Shown here in pieces: positions 23,701 through 36,354 of a stretch of 64,000 nucleotides of DNA (the stretch's first letter is position 1; every line of letters begins with the position of its first letter). A program made the position numbers and the translations under genes. The notes under the pieces are model-generated. The model saw only the letters and a program-made list of their open reading frames with translations, was not told the origin of the DNA and did no database searches. This stretch comes from Bilabrum cf. latius (lineage: Eukaryota): the NCBI GenBank assembly GCA_965178125.1, contig OZ237746.1, positions 1,116,001 through 1,180,000 of the forward strand, in the 5' to 3' direction.

Positions 23701-26700
23701 AGCCCGAGCCCGAGCCCGAGGCCCGGAGACAGCCCCGGCCCTCGGACGGGAGGACTCCTCGCCGGCGCTGAAAGTGGAGGAGCAGGAGCAGCGGGACAAG
23801 GAGGCAGCGGGTCCCTCGCCTCGTCCAGGAGCTCGCTGCCGGGGGATGCAGAATCCACCGGTGGATCGTTGAGCGAGGCCGGCAGCAGCTCGCTGATCCC
23901 CAGCGCGCGGCTGAGCGCCTCCGAGACCGAGAGCGACTCGGGGAACAGCGAGATGCTGGACCGGCTGGAGTCGGCCGCCCTCGGTGCCAGACAGGGAGCC
24001 GTTTCCTTCTGGGCGCAGTACCTGCTGCTGCAGACCACGGAGAGGAAGATGGCCCGCGCGAGGAGGGCGCAGCAGAGGCGCAGGCAGAGGCGAGAGAAAG
24101 ACCGGAGGAAGAGGCGGAGGAAGAGGCGGGCGGGGACGAGAGGTGGAGGGGGGGGCGGCAGGGGCAGGGAAGCGGGGCACAGCGCGCCGGAGACAGGTGG
24201 TAGAGAGGGGCTGGAGGAACACGGGGGTGCAGGAATTGGTGGCACAGGTCACCAGCACAGGTCCAGCTCCGGCCGCCTGCTGCAGGTGAGCTCTAGCTCT
24301 AGCTCTAGCCCCAGCCCCGACCCTATGTAGGGAGGACAAGGTGGGAGAGAGGGATTCGGAGCCGGGGGCTCAAGCGAAGACGCCCCGCAGTCCAGCCGCA
24401 TCGACTCTGGCACCTCTGTGGTGGACGGCAGCCTCCCCGCTGGGAGCCCCGCCTCCCTGGCCCTGCCCTCCAGCTCCCCGCTGAAGGGGCCCGGCCAGGC
24501 GCCTTTCCCGCTGGGAGAGAGCGCGCATGAACAGGGGTAGGGGCTGCAGCAGAGCCCCATGGATGGCAGGGGCAGGCCTCTGCTGGTCGGCGGATCTGGA
24601 GAGGTGGAAGTCGGTGGGAAGGGCTAGGGCGGGGGCCGGGAGGGCGCGGCTCTGGGCGGGTTCGCGTTGGGCGGGCCCGCGGCACCGGCTGGGGCCCGGG
24701 ACCGGGGCGCTGGTGCGGGCGAACTCGGTCCTTCGGGTGCAAGGCACGGTGGTGCAGGCGGTGGGGGCATCCTCGGGCTGGGCTCATCCCTTGTGTCCCT
24801 GCAGCCGTACCAGGAGGGCGCGCAGCAGGTGCTGCTAGCCGATGCGAGTGGGAGTGGGAGTGGGAGTGGGAGTGGGAGTGGGCAGTAGCAGGAAGTCCAA
24901 GATCGAGCAGCAGTCGCAATTCCAAGCACTGAGACTCGCTAGGGTCGGACGGGTGACCAGCCATAGGCAACGCCCGATGCAAGCACCTGCAAGCATGTCA
25001 GCAACAGCAGCAGAGCTATGGATGGCGGCTCGTCGACGGTGGTCCGCAGCATCTCGGACGGCAATCTCGCGGCCATGCAGGGACGCGCCCGCATCGCGCG
25101 CATCTCCGGCGACCCGTGGACCGACCAGACCGCGAGTGGCAGGGGCAGGGGCGGGCAGCCAAGCCTTCACCCCCTGGGCATGGGCATGGGCATGGTGTCC
25201 CCCATGCTCGGCCCAACCCCGACCTCGCTGCGTGGGGTGCAGCCCGAGAGCCGCCGTCAGGGGCCCGACCTGGAACTGGACATGGACTTGGACCTGGACG
25301 GCGACGCCCACGGGCTCAGCCTCACGGGGCCCATGGCCTCGGACGACCCTCGGCTGGGTGGGGTCAGTGACAGTGACAGGGACAGGGACGGGGACGGGGA
25401 CAGCAAGGGCCTCCTCGGCGCCGAGGAAGTTGGGGCGGTCCTATCGGGCGGGGGCGTGCAGCTGACGGGGCTGGCAGAGGCGGACCGCAGACGGGGCGTG
25501 CGCCGCCCGCCCACGATCCTGTCTGCTCTTTCGTCCATGTCCACGGGGAGATCCTCCGCCGGGTCACCCAGCGGCAGCCATTTGCACACACCGGGGGGCA
25601 GGGAGGGGGAGGGGGCATCGTCTGCGTCCTCGTCTGCGGTGGAGGGGAGGCCTCCATCCGGCCGAGGTTGGCGAGCTGGTGCTGGTGCTGGTGCTGGTGC
25701 TGGTGCTGGTGCTGGTGCTGGTGCTGGTGCTGGTGCTGGTGCTGGTGCTGGTGCTGGTGCTGGTGCTGGTGCTGGTGCTGGTGCTGGTGCTGGTGCTGGT
25801 GCTGGTGCTGGTGCTGGTGCTGGTGCTGGTGCTGGTGCTGGTGCTGGTGCTGGTGCTGGTGCTGGTGCTGGTGCTGGTGCTGGTGCTGGTGCTGGTGCTG
25901 GTGCTGGTGCTGGTGCTGGTGGCGCAGTGCCTGGCCCCGTGCGTGCTTCACCGCCTGCTGTGCCTCCTAGTCGGCTGGTGCTTGCAGCAGGCGCCGCTAC
26001 CACAGCCGATGGTGCTGCATCGACTCACGATGGTGGGGCTGCACTGCCAACCTTGTGCCTGACACCCACAGCGGACAGCGAGGAAGACCAGCGCGGGATC
26101 GGAGGCGCTGCAGGGGGTGCAGTCGCCGTCGCGGCTGATGAAGGTCGCTCGTTCGAGGGCAGGGCTGGAAGGGGACAGAGGCAGGTCCCGGCCGGTGCGT
26201 CTGCTTCTGCATCGATGCTGCCGGCCATGTCCCCGATGCTGTCTGGATTCGCTGGGCCCTCTGCCTCGGCTGCCGGCGATGCATCCATGCCCGCGCCTGC
26301 AGCAGCCTCGGCCTCTGGTCGTGGCCTACAGGCTGAAACTGGCACAGGCGATGGGCAGTCGCGATCGAAAGCAAGAACAGAAGACAGCACCTCGACCTCG
26401 GCCCAGGGCGCAGAGACAAGGCCCGATGACACCAACGCGGCCCGCCAAGGCCCGGAGAGCCCGCCCCGGCTGGCCCGCCCTCGCACTCGCGCCGGCGAAT
26501 CGACTTCCAGTGCGCGGCTGCAGGGGGAAGCGCAGCAGCCGCCGGTCATCGGCGCCTCTGTGCCGCCGCACCCGCAGAGCAGCCCCGTGGACACGACAGC
26601 CACCGCAGAGCCAGGAACCAAGCATGCCGGAGACAGAGGGGCCGACTTGACCAGCGAGAAGAAACCTCCATCGAAGAGCAGGTACGTGCCCCCATCCGCC

Positions 26701-29652
26701 CGCAAGCAGAGCGGCTCAAGGTACGTGCCTCCCTCCCAGCGCAAGAAGCAGCAAGCCGAACAGCTGGGCTCGGGGGATACCTTGCCGCCGCCCACGCCGC
26801 TGCTCGGGGCCATGGGGGTGCCGCAGGGCGCCATCGACGCGGAGGGCTCGCCGCTGGTGTCCGGGGCGCATGGGCAGGGGCTTGGTGTCCTTAGTGTCGC
26901 TGCTGCAGCTGCGTCCAGCACACAGGGCCAAGGCCAGGGCAAGAGCAAGTACCGGCCCCCGACTCGCCGCACTGAAAAGGGTAAGTCCTTCCTCGGGGCC
27001 ATCAAGGGGAGCGGGGCAGTGCCTGCAGCAGCCACCGACGACGCTGTCGGCGCGGGTACCCCCGCGTCCAGCAGCGACGATGGCCCCCCCTCTGCGGCGC
27101 TAGCCTTCATCCTGGGCGCCAAGGAACACACGGGGCTGCGGCTGTCTATGGAGGAGCCAGGCCCCGGCGGGGCCACTGTCACGGCGGCCACCACGGTCGC
27201 CCGCACGCAGCAGCAGGGAGCTTCGGGCCGGGCCAGAGCCATGTCCCCGAGGGCCGTGCTGGAGCGGGAAATGTACCCGGCGGGGGCGGCGGGGCGGGGA
27301 GCTGGGGTGCGAGGAGACGGAGGGGCCGCCTCGGCTGCCGCGGATCGGCGCGAGAAGGGGAAGGGGCGCGCAGGTGGTCCCGGGCGGGGCCGGCCTGGAG
27401 TCAGCAGCGGGCGGCTGCCCTCCTCCACGCTGTCCCTGCGGCGCGCGCGGCGGCGCAGGCGGGGCCTGTACAGCACAGGGGAGGTCCCTGGGATCGGCGT
27501 CTTGCCGCAGGGACCCGGGTCCATGGGCATGCGCGGGATCAAGCTCCTGCGGGCCGCCACGCGCCTGGAGCTCATCCCGATCGACCACGGGCTGTGCATG
27601 CCCGACGCCGACGTGCCCGACGCGCTGAACGACGTGAACTGCTCGTGGCTCTTCTGGCGACAGGCCAAGGAGCCCTTCAGCGAGGCGAGCCTGCAGTACA
27701 TTGCGGCGCTGGACGGGCGGGCAGACGCGCTGCAGCTGTGGAGGGTGTTCGGGCCGGACGGGGGCGCGGACGACATCAGGGACGCGGGCAGGGGGCCGGG
27801 AGAGGACGGGGCGGGGGCGGCGACCGCACGGCCCGCGGCCCGGGTGACGCGTGGCAGCATGCTGTGCCTGCGGATTTGCACGCTGCTGCTGCAGCTGGGC
27901 GCGTCTGCCGGGTTGAACCTGCACGAGATCGGCAGGTTGATGATCCGGGGGCCCACGTACTCGCAGGCAGACCTAAGGAGACCAGACCCCCTGTCTGGGA
28001 GCAAGCGGCTGGTGCTCAGGTACGGGGGGCCGCTGCCGAGGGATGCGGTTGCTAGGCACAGGGGTGGTCAAAGGGAGGGAGAGAGGCGGGGTGCTGCCAG
28101 TGGGTGGGCGCTGGCTGCAGGCGGGGATGGGGACGGCAGCGACTCGGCCCGTGCCAGTGCCAGTGCCAGTGCGGGCGGGAGCAGGCTGGAGGCGGGCTCA
28201 GGGGCCTCCACTGGGGGCATGAGCGGAGGCACCGGGGCCGACGTGCACAGCTAGGGGCACGGGCGCGGGCACGGTCACGGGCACCACCGGCTGTCCATCC
28301 GACTCCCCCGACTGGCCGACATCGAGCCGTACCTGGTGAACCCCCAGTACCAGCCCCCGGACCATGACCCAGACGGGGAGAGCGGGCCGTTGCGCAGGAA
28401 AAGGAGCAGGGGATCCAGCGCGGTCATTTCAACACCGACCCCAGCACCGACCCCCTCGCTGCTCGCAGGACACTCGGGTCCCGTGTGCGCCGAGGTGGGC
28501 ACGGTGGGTGCCTCTTCGACCACGGGTGCGGCGGGGCGGAGCCACTCGGGGTCTGGGGGCGGCACAGCGGGTGGCGGTGTGGGGGCGGGGGCGGGCCCCG
28601 GAGAGGACGAGGGCATGATCGGCGGGCGGCGGTGGTCGGGGCTGGAGATGGCCCTGGCGGGGGCTCGGCTGGAGCAGCACCGCCGCTGGGCCTCGAAGGC
28701 ACGGGCGGCGGCTGTGGCAGTGACGGGGGCCGGGATCACGTCCAGGGCCTCGCGCACGTCGCTTCAATCCATGGAGGAGGCCGGGCTTGAGCAGGGACAG
28801 GGGCAGGGGCAGGGGCAGGAGGCGACCGGTCGGGGTGGAGCAGGCGAGGAGGCGGCCCACTCGAGTGCATGGGGGAAGCACGGGCACTGGCACCAGCACG
28901 CCCGGCCTGTCTCTGCCTCCATGGACTCTGTGCCTGGGCTGGGACTGCCCGTCACGGAACCTGGGGATCAGGGTGCTGGAGCTGCCTCCTCCGTCCATGC
29001 GACCGGACCTGGACGCGCCAACAAGGACGAAGGGGAACAAAGGGAAGGGCCCTCTGCCAGGCCCGGGGCCAGGCAGCCGCTGATCCAGGCCCCCCGCAGC
29101 AGGAGCAGCAGCAGCCTACGAGTAGCAGGCCGGGGCCGTGTACCCCCCGGCGGTTCCAAGCTCCGAATCCAGGCGCAGGTGCAGGTGAAGGCGCCAGAAC
29201 GGCAGCAAGGGCAAGGGCAGGGGCAAGGGCAGGGGCAGGGGCAAGGGCAAGGCAAGGGGCAGGGCACTGTTGCATCGCAGTTCCCTACAGCTGCGGTCGG
29301 GCTAGTGGCGGGCCAGAGGGGTGGTGGGGCTGGCCATCTAGGTCGCAGCGCAGGCGCAGGGTCAGGTTCAGGTTTAGGGCTAGGGACGGGACCGGGCGAA
29401 TCTGGTGCCAGCGGGGCCGCTGGAGGGGACGGTGGCGGCAACGGCCAGCTGGCAACGCCGGGGGACCGCCGGTCGGCTGGACCAGTTGGACCGGAGACTG
29501 GGCGCCCGGGGGAGCCGAGCTTCCTGGAGGAGCAAGACGAGCTGGTGTATCTGTTCCGGCACGCGATCGAGCCCTTCCTGGCCCTGGCCATCGTCAGGCG
29601 GTCCGAGGCGGGCTCGTCCTCAGCGGCGGGGTTCCGCGGGATCTTCGGTTGA
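20758..29652 (+). CDS. Type II PI4-kinase (PI4K-gamma-like) of about 2850 aa with very large low-complexity insertions; exons 20758-20888, 20999-21170, 21400-29652
   Basis: GAYQLRD..VFK|PEDEE..NPRG, REAAAFLLDH..VPPT, KLGSVQLF, VHRIGILDVRLCNLDRNEDNILI, LIPIDHGLCMP and WLFWRQAKEPFS. The frame is open for 8.2 kb apart from TAGs; TGA stop. Exon 1 is tentative. Confidence 0.8.
25675..25920 (+). repeat. Perfect (GCTGGT)n hexamer microsatellite, about 41 copies, encoding (Ala-Gly)n inside the PI4K ORF
   Basis: Directly visible tandem repeat. Confidence 0.98.
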
Positions 29653-29732
29653 GTGTTTGTCTCGTGCCGCGCTAAATGCCGTTTCGGATCTGCTCTGCCT
29701 TTGAGAGGGGAAACAAATGTGCCACATTTCGT

Positions 29733-30191
29733 TCAAAGGGTCTGCGGCAGCTTCAACTTCGCGCCGCGGAGAGCCGAATCCACGTGCTCGTGCAGCACCA
29801 CACCATCGTGCACCGCCTCATCCAGGATGGTCAGCACCTTGCCGCTGAAGCTCGATACTTTTGAGGGTGACAGAGAATTATCGCACACCTGCGTAACCAG
29901 TCGGACGAGGTGCTCGCAGCTGAGCTGCGCCTCGACCTCGTCGTCGTCCGCAGACTCCATGCTTGCAATGAAAACGACGTTGTTGGCTACAAACACCGCC
30001 ACTGGTATGTCCTCCACCGTGCCAACTAGAGGTGAGTCCTTAGCATCTTCAAACGCGGCAAGGCTGGCCACGCCCTCCGCCAGAGATGCCTCCCAAGCGC
30101 TCTGCTCGTCTTCTGTGCATGGGATGAACGTCTTGCCCAACAGAATTGTGAGCGTCTCCTGATCCAGCAAATGCAAACTCTTAATACCCAT
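29733..30191 (-). CDS. TSPOON: TSET complex small (sigma/zeta-like longin) subunit, TSPOON/LOLITA-like (alternative upstream ATG at 30287)
   Basis: EDEQSAWEASL, DDDEV, VTQVC, GKVLTILDEAVHDG and RGAKLKLP parallel plant LOLITA (EERLHWRSFL, YDEL, VKDVC, GRICLCLDEIV..G, RLIRLKPP) as recalled; TGA stop. Confidence 0.7.
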   Translation of the reverse strand: MGIKSLHLLDQETLTILLGKTFIPCTEDEQSAWEASLAEGVASLAAFEDAKDSPLVGTVEDIPVAVFVANNVVFIASMESADDDEVEAQLSCEHLVRLVTQVCDNSLSPSKVSSFSGKVLTILDEAVHDGVVLHEHVDSALRGAKLKLPQTL

Positions 30192-30385
30192 GTTTAAGCC
30201 AACATTGTTTGCGGTGTAATGCCTCGGGTCGAGTGCGGAGACGCTGCAACCGCTGCATTTTTCGAAAGGCTCCGGGTTCCCAGACATTGCTTGCCGAGTA
30301 AAGCAAAATATCAGCAGTAAATTTCAGTATATTTAATTGAATATGTAAGGATTCGCTGCTGCGTGCGTATCATCGCACCGCTGCC

Positions 30386-33265
30386 ATGCATTGCTTGGAA
30401 CACTGCAATGATGAGAGAGTTCGATTTGGAATGCCGATGCGCAGGCCGAGAAAGCGAGGCAGAACCCGCAAAAAAAAGCAAAGGCAACAAAAAACGGCGG
30501 CAGATGCGCGCAAAGAATTGTATCGTTCGCAGGAGGACAGGTTTTGGTCCACTCTTTCCTCTGAATGCAGAGGCTTCGAGCGCAATGTCGAGGCACTTCG
30601 GCGAGCCTGCGGTCTCGGCATGGGAAGCCGCCACCGGATCGTTGGCGCAACCAATCTGATTGAGCTTGGATCTACTGTACTGCTTCGTCTGATGGCGGGC
30701 GCGATCCGCCTTGGAGACAAGGGCGACCGTCCTCCTGTCCCCGGCACTCCGGACATGTGCGGCGAGTACGGCATGTTTTTCTGCGACATGTGCTCGATGC
30801 TGCAGGTGGACGAGCCCAGGCCCAGGGACGGCTTCACAGACATGGCCGCCCGCGACCAGCGTGTGGGCCCGAATCCCCTAGGCCCGGCCACTGTGTGCAT
30901 CACGGCAGAGGCCATCCGGCTCATGCTCGTCCGGGTCCGCATCACGAGCAACTACCTCTACGGGCCAGAGTTCGGGGACGGGCCCGCCCGCCTGTGGCTC
31001 CCCAGCATGCAGGACGGCCGCGGCTCGTTCCTCCGGCGGCCCCCCGCTGAGGCTCTCCTGCAGTGCCCTGCAGTGCCCCCCGCGGGGCCCATGCTGCAGG
31101 ACGAGGCCGGGTCCGAGTGCGACATCACCATGGCCTCGCAGTTCTCAGGGGCGTGCCTGTCGGCCTGGTCCATGCGTCCCACGGACGACACGGTGTGGAA
31201 CCACCACCCGAACGAAGAGCGGGTCGCGACACGAACCAGGGCAGGCAACCGCCACGCCGCGCACACGTTCTTCGAAGGGCATGAGGCTATGGTGCAGGTC
31301 GTGCCGGGCATGGCCCGATGGGTCAGGAGTGCGTTTTTCCCCGGCAAGGGAGCCATGGACTGTGCCAGGGGCATACCCAGGCCCGACCTCCCGCCACGCA
31401 TGCTCCCGGGCGCGCCCCTGCCCAAGCACCCCGCCACGGCGGGGGAGGCTGTTGGGTTCCTGGCCCCCATGCAGCTGCTGGCGGCCGCGTGCATGTACGG
31501 GGGCGCGGACGATCTGGCTGCGTACGAGCTGAGGAAAGTGAAGGGTGGCCATTCGATGACGATGTCGTCGCCGCACGAGGTGCTGCCCGTGGTGGGCAAC
31601 CAGTGCAGGGGTCGGCTGGAGACGATCTGCGGTGCGTTCTGGCTGGGCCTGCAGTACCTGGACATGCGAACGGAACAAAAGGGTGCGACTTCCTCCGGGG
31701 GTGACGGCGGGTCTGTCTCAGCCGGGCAAGGAGGAGACGTAGAGGGCGAAGGCGACGGCATGGCGGCCTGTGGCGGGTCAGAATCAGTAGGGAACGATGG
31801 GGGCAAGCCTGCAGAGAGCGAGGAGAAGGAACGCGGAGGCGCTGGAGACGATGGAAGGGAAAGGGAAGAGGGGATTGGGGCCGTACACCCGCACGCTGCA
31901 GCAGAACCCGCAAGCAGCGGAGCCGGTGCAGATGTAGCCGGTGCCGGTGACGCCCAAGCCGAAGCAGAAGCAGAATCCAGCGCTGCAGCATAGCCCGGCA
32001 GCCCATCCCAGCGGCCCATGGGTGCCTACCCGCAGCCGTCCGACTACCGCCTCATCCGCTGCATGGCCGAGCTCATGGACGGGGCTGCCATGGCCATGCT
32101 CTACCTGGCCATGCACAGGGCAGTGAGCAGGCAGGCGGTCACGGGCGAGACATGGCACCTGTACTTTGGTATGCTGCCGAACCTGCTGCAGGACTGCGTG
32201 GCATTCGAGACGAGGCACATGGGTCAGCTGGAGGACAGCGATGCGGAGGATGCCATTCCGTGGGCGCGCAAGTTCACAGGGCAGCTCAAAACCACCACCA
32301 AGGCGGCAGGCGTGGCCGATGCGTACCGTCTGCTGCTGCTGCAGACCGGTGGTTGGCACGACGGGATCCGCGCGGCCACCATGCGGAGGAAGGCCGAGAT
32401 GGAGAACAAGGACAAGGACAAGGACAAGGACGAGGCCGGGTGTGCCGGTGCCAGAGCCGGCGATGGAGACGGCACGAGTCGGGGTGGCGTGGCGCTGGAC
32501 GAATCTGGCAAGTGCCTCCTGGAGCGTGTCCTGGATCTGTGCGAATAGGGGCGATCCAGTGGGCTGGACGTGTTCAGCAGGGGGGCACTGGGTCGGGTGC
32601 TGGCGGCGGCCGTGTGGTATCATGAGGAGGATGATCTGTCGGAACACGCCGGCAGGCTGCGGACGGTGCTGGAGGACCTGTGGGGTGCGGTGGATGATTC
32701 ACTGAGCAAGTACGGGGGGCATGGGCTGGCAGGCATCACGGACATGCGTGTGGACGAGTACTCGGATGCTTAGGTGGCCGAGGATGCGAGGGTGGTGAGC
32801 AGCAGGAGCAAAGATGGAAAGAAGGGGTAGGAGGATAAGGTGCTGCCCGACCTGTCAGACAGGGGCAGTGGCAGGTGCGCCTCTAGGCCGATCGCAGGGT
32901 ACTTTATGCTGCAGCTCCCCACGCACGGGACCAGCGTGCAGCACTACGTGGGCGCGATCGAGCTGCACGCGGCATGCTTCCAGAGAGGCATGCAGAAGGA
33001 GGTGCCCATGCTGCCCAGGTCTGTGCACCTGGCCATGCGCGCCCCCCGCTTCAGGCACTGGGTCAAACAGTACGAGTGGCTGTGCGTGGATCCGCTGCGG
33101 CCGCCGAGCGAGGCGGGCAGGGGGAGGAGGACGGGGCGGTCTGCTCTTCGAAGGCACACTCTTTCGGTAGCAGCCGCGCTGAAGCGGCTCGTGAGCATCG
33201 TGTCGACGGATCGGGTCCTCGCCCTCTTGCGGTTCCGGCAGGCGGCGGTTGCGACCGCGATGTAA
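30386..33265 (+). CDS. Uncharacterised protein, tandem paralog A (basic NLS-like N-terminus)
   Basis: ORFs 30386, 32018, 32570 and 32840 are in one frame and are joined by TAGs; colinear similarity to paralog B; TAA stop. Start is uncertain. Confidence 0.7.
31319..31536 (+). repeat. 218-bp block duplicated at 34354-34571 between the tandem paralogs
   Basis: Base-by-base reading shows apparent identity from tgggtcaggagtgcg to gagctgaggaa. Confidence 0.9.
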
Positions 33266-33522
33266 TGCGCCTTGTTCGCAGCCGTTGGTTGTACGATACA
33301 GCCTGCGAAACTGCCTGCATCGCCTTTCGTCGCGTTTAGAATAATGTGAGGATTCGGTCAAAATTGCTAGTACTCGGAGCATGTCAGTGATTTTAGGGGA
33401 ACTGATACACTTGGCCGCCCAGTGAACAGCTTCGCAGGACTCGAAAAAGCAAGAAAGGCAAGTCAAAGACAAGGGCAAAACGGGAGTGGGCAGCTCCACC
33501 AGGGCAGCCTCGAAAGTACGTA

Positions 33523-36162
33523 ATGTTTCCCGAACAAGTTTCCATTGGATCAAAGACGTGGGGATTCCTGAAACTAGAGCGATCTTAGCTTCAGCAGCGA
33601 ATCGTTGATCTCAGGCACTGCATGAGGCTAGCGACAGGGCCTACGATGCCTTCGAACGAAAATATCAATAATTCATCCGATCCACGAATACAGTTTGCGG
33701 GTGTGGGCGGACTGCTGGGAGGATTCATGCGTCTGGCTTGTGGCCCACCGGGCACGGCCAGACCAGGGAAGTTCTCGGGCAGCCCTGGGCATTACAGCTC
33801 CGCACACTACTGTGCCTCGTATAATATGACTCGCCATAGATCGAATGAAGGGTACGATCAAATGGTAGCCGCAGACGGAGAGATCAACGACACGTGCTTG
33901 GGCCCGCCCACCGTGTGCATGACGGCTGAATCCATCCGGATCATGTTGGCCAGGTACATGGTAGAGACTAGGTTCCTGCACGGGAAGCAATTCGGCGACG
34001 CTTCTTCCCTGTGGCTGTAGCCACCGCGGAGGGCATTCGGCCGCTCCTGGCTTCCCTTCGAAGAGTTCCTGCGCTGCCCCGCAGCCCCCATGCGCGGCCC
34101 CACGCTGCATGACGGCCGCGGCGGGCGTCTCCCCGGCAAGCTGTCGCACCTCGTGTCCACCGCCGTGTGCTCGGCCTGGAGCATGCGGCCCAGCGACCGG
34201 ACCCCGTGGCTTGAATCATTCGTGGACGGGGGCTTCTGGGAGACATGGGACCCGGACGAGGGAGGCTCTGCCGTGCCACGGCGCATATTCGCTGACCACA
34301 ACCTGAACTACGGGAGGGAAGCAGCTCGGGCGTTCATGCCCGGGCTGATCGACTGGGTCAGGAGTGCGTTTTTCCCCGGCAAGGGAGCCATGGACTGTGC
34401 CAGGGGCATACCCAGGCCCGACCTCCCGCCACGCATGCTCCCGGGCGCGCCCCTGCCCAAGCACCCCGCCACGGCGGGGGAGGCTGTTGGGTTCCTGGCC
34501 CCCATGCAGCTGCTGGCGGCCGCGTGCATGTACGGGGGCGCGGACGATCTGGCTGCGTACGAGCTGAGGAACAGCATGAAGCGCAGGACAAAGGAGCACA
34601 GGCCGAGACCAGAGGCTGACGACTACAACTACTTATCCGAGTACGAGTGCGACATGTACGAGCGCATGGGCTGCGACCCGGATGACATGGTGGACTCGTA
34701 CGGGTACGGGGGGGAGGAGCCGGAAGATCCCGACGATGAGTCGCTTGGACTGTCGCCGGACAGACACGGTATTACAGCCACCAATGCGCTCAAGAGGCTT
34801 GAGACAATCTGCGCGGCATTCTGGCTGGGCCTGCAGTACCTAGACATGCGAACCGAAGCAGGGCGGTCAGCAGCAGCTACAGCCCAAGGAGCAGCAGGGG
34901 GGCATTCATTGGCAGCTACTCCTTGCGAGAGTGGTGCAGGCAATGGTGGTGCGCCGGTGACTGGCAACGATGCTGCAGCTGGGGCTGCTTCAGCTGCCAG
35001 CCTGCACAGTTCTGTGGGTGCCTACCCGCAGCCGTCCGACTACCGCCTCATCCGCTGCATGGCCGAGCTCATGGACGGGGCTGCCATGGCCATGCTCTAC
35101 CTGGCCATGCACAGGGCAGTGAGCGGGTAGGTGATCAAGGGCGAGACATGGCACCTGTACTTTGGTATGCTGCCGAACCTGCTGCAGGACTGCGTGGCAT
35201 TCGAGACGAGGCACATGGGTCAGCTGGAGGACAGCGAGGCGGAGGATGCCATTCCGTGGGCGCGCAAGTTCACAGGGCAGCTCAAAACCACCACCAAGGC
35301 GGCAGGCGTGGCCGATGCGTACCGTCTGCTGCTGCTGCAGACCGGTGGAGCGATGGACAAGCTTCGAGAGGCCAGTGGGCCTGTGAGTGCTGCCGCCTCC
35401 ACTGGCAGCGGAAGGATACCGCTGGGAAAACTGCACCAGCCCCTGCCATCCACTGGCAAGCTTGCTGGGGGCGAGTAGACCGGGGCAATGCCGCTTGCTG
35501 CCGTTGCTGCGCCTTGCAAGTGCCTCCTAGAGCGTGTCCTGGATCTGTGCGAATAGGGGCGATCCAGTGGGCTGGACGTGTTCAGCAGGGGGGCACTGGG
35601 TCGGGTGCTGGCGGCGGCCGTGTGGTATCATGAGGAGGATGATCTGTCGGAACACGCCGGCAGGCTGTGGACGGTGCTGGAGGACCTGTGGAAGCACGCA
35701 GATGACTGGATCATGACGAATGGCGGCCATCCGCTGGCGCGCCCGTATGGCCCCGCCGCACAGGCCGGTGCACCCTCCGAGAACTACCCCAGGCCCGCGT
35801 TTCTGATGCTGCAGCTGCCCACGCACGGGACCATTGCGCAAGGCATCGTAGGGGCGATCGAGCTGCACACAGCGTGCATGGACCGGGGTGTGGGCGATGT
35901 GCCGTGCCTACCGAGGTCGGTGCAGCTGGCCATGCGAGCTCCCCGCTTCAGGCTATGGGTCAAAACGTACGAGTGGCTGTGCGTGGATCCGCTGCGGCCG
36001 CCGAAAGAAGAGCGCAGGGGTCGAAGGAAGACCGAGCCTTGGCTCCGTGGATCCACGCTGTCGGTGGCAGCCGCTCTCAAGTCTCTTGTAGACAGGCGGG
36101 CGGCGGAGCGAGCGAGGTGCGTGGCGCTGTTCCGGTCAGCAGCGGTGCGCTCGGCCCTGTGA
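33523..36162 (+). CDS. Uncharacterised protein, tandem paralog B
   Basis: ORFs 33622, 34090, 35131 and 35578 are in one frame and are joined by TAGs. Shares GPxTVCxTAExIR, WVRSAFFPG..YELR, GAYPQPSDY..LLQTGG and WLCVDPLRPP with paralog A; TGA stop. Start is uncertain. Confidence 0.7.
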
Positions 36163-36354
36163 TGGCTAAGGGTGGGATATGAGTGTGGTGTGACGCACAA
36201 GAGAAGTCTTGTCTGCACGGCATTGAGCCAAATCTTGCGAGAGCGCAGTGCGACCCCACGACTGCCCCACAGGTTTGCTGCTAGCACACACACGCCGCAC
36301 CAAGCTGCTGGCACGCGGAGTACAGAATCCACGCCATCCCCACCACTGCCAAGC

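Noticed and set aside
25364-26062. ORFs with (HQ)n, (WC)n, (VL)n or (PA)n repeats
   Set aside because: These are alternative frames and strands of the (GCTGGT)n microsatellite inside the PI4K gene.
33263-33390. TAATG stop-start overlap suggesting translational coupling of paralogs A and B
   Set aside because: The ATG at 33265 is in paralog B's frame but hits TGA after about 40 codons, so it does not join the gene.
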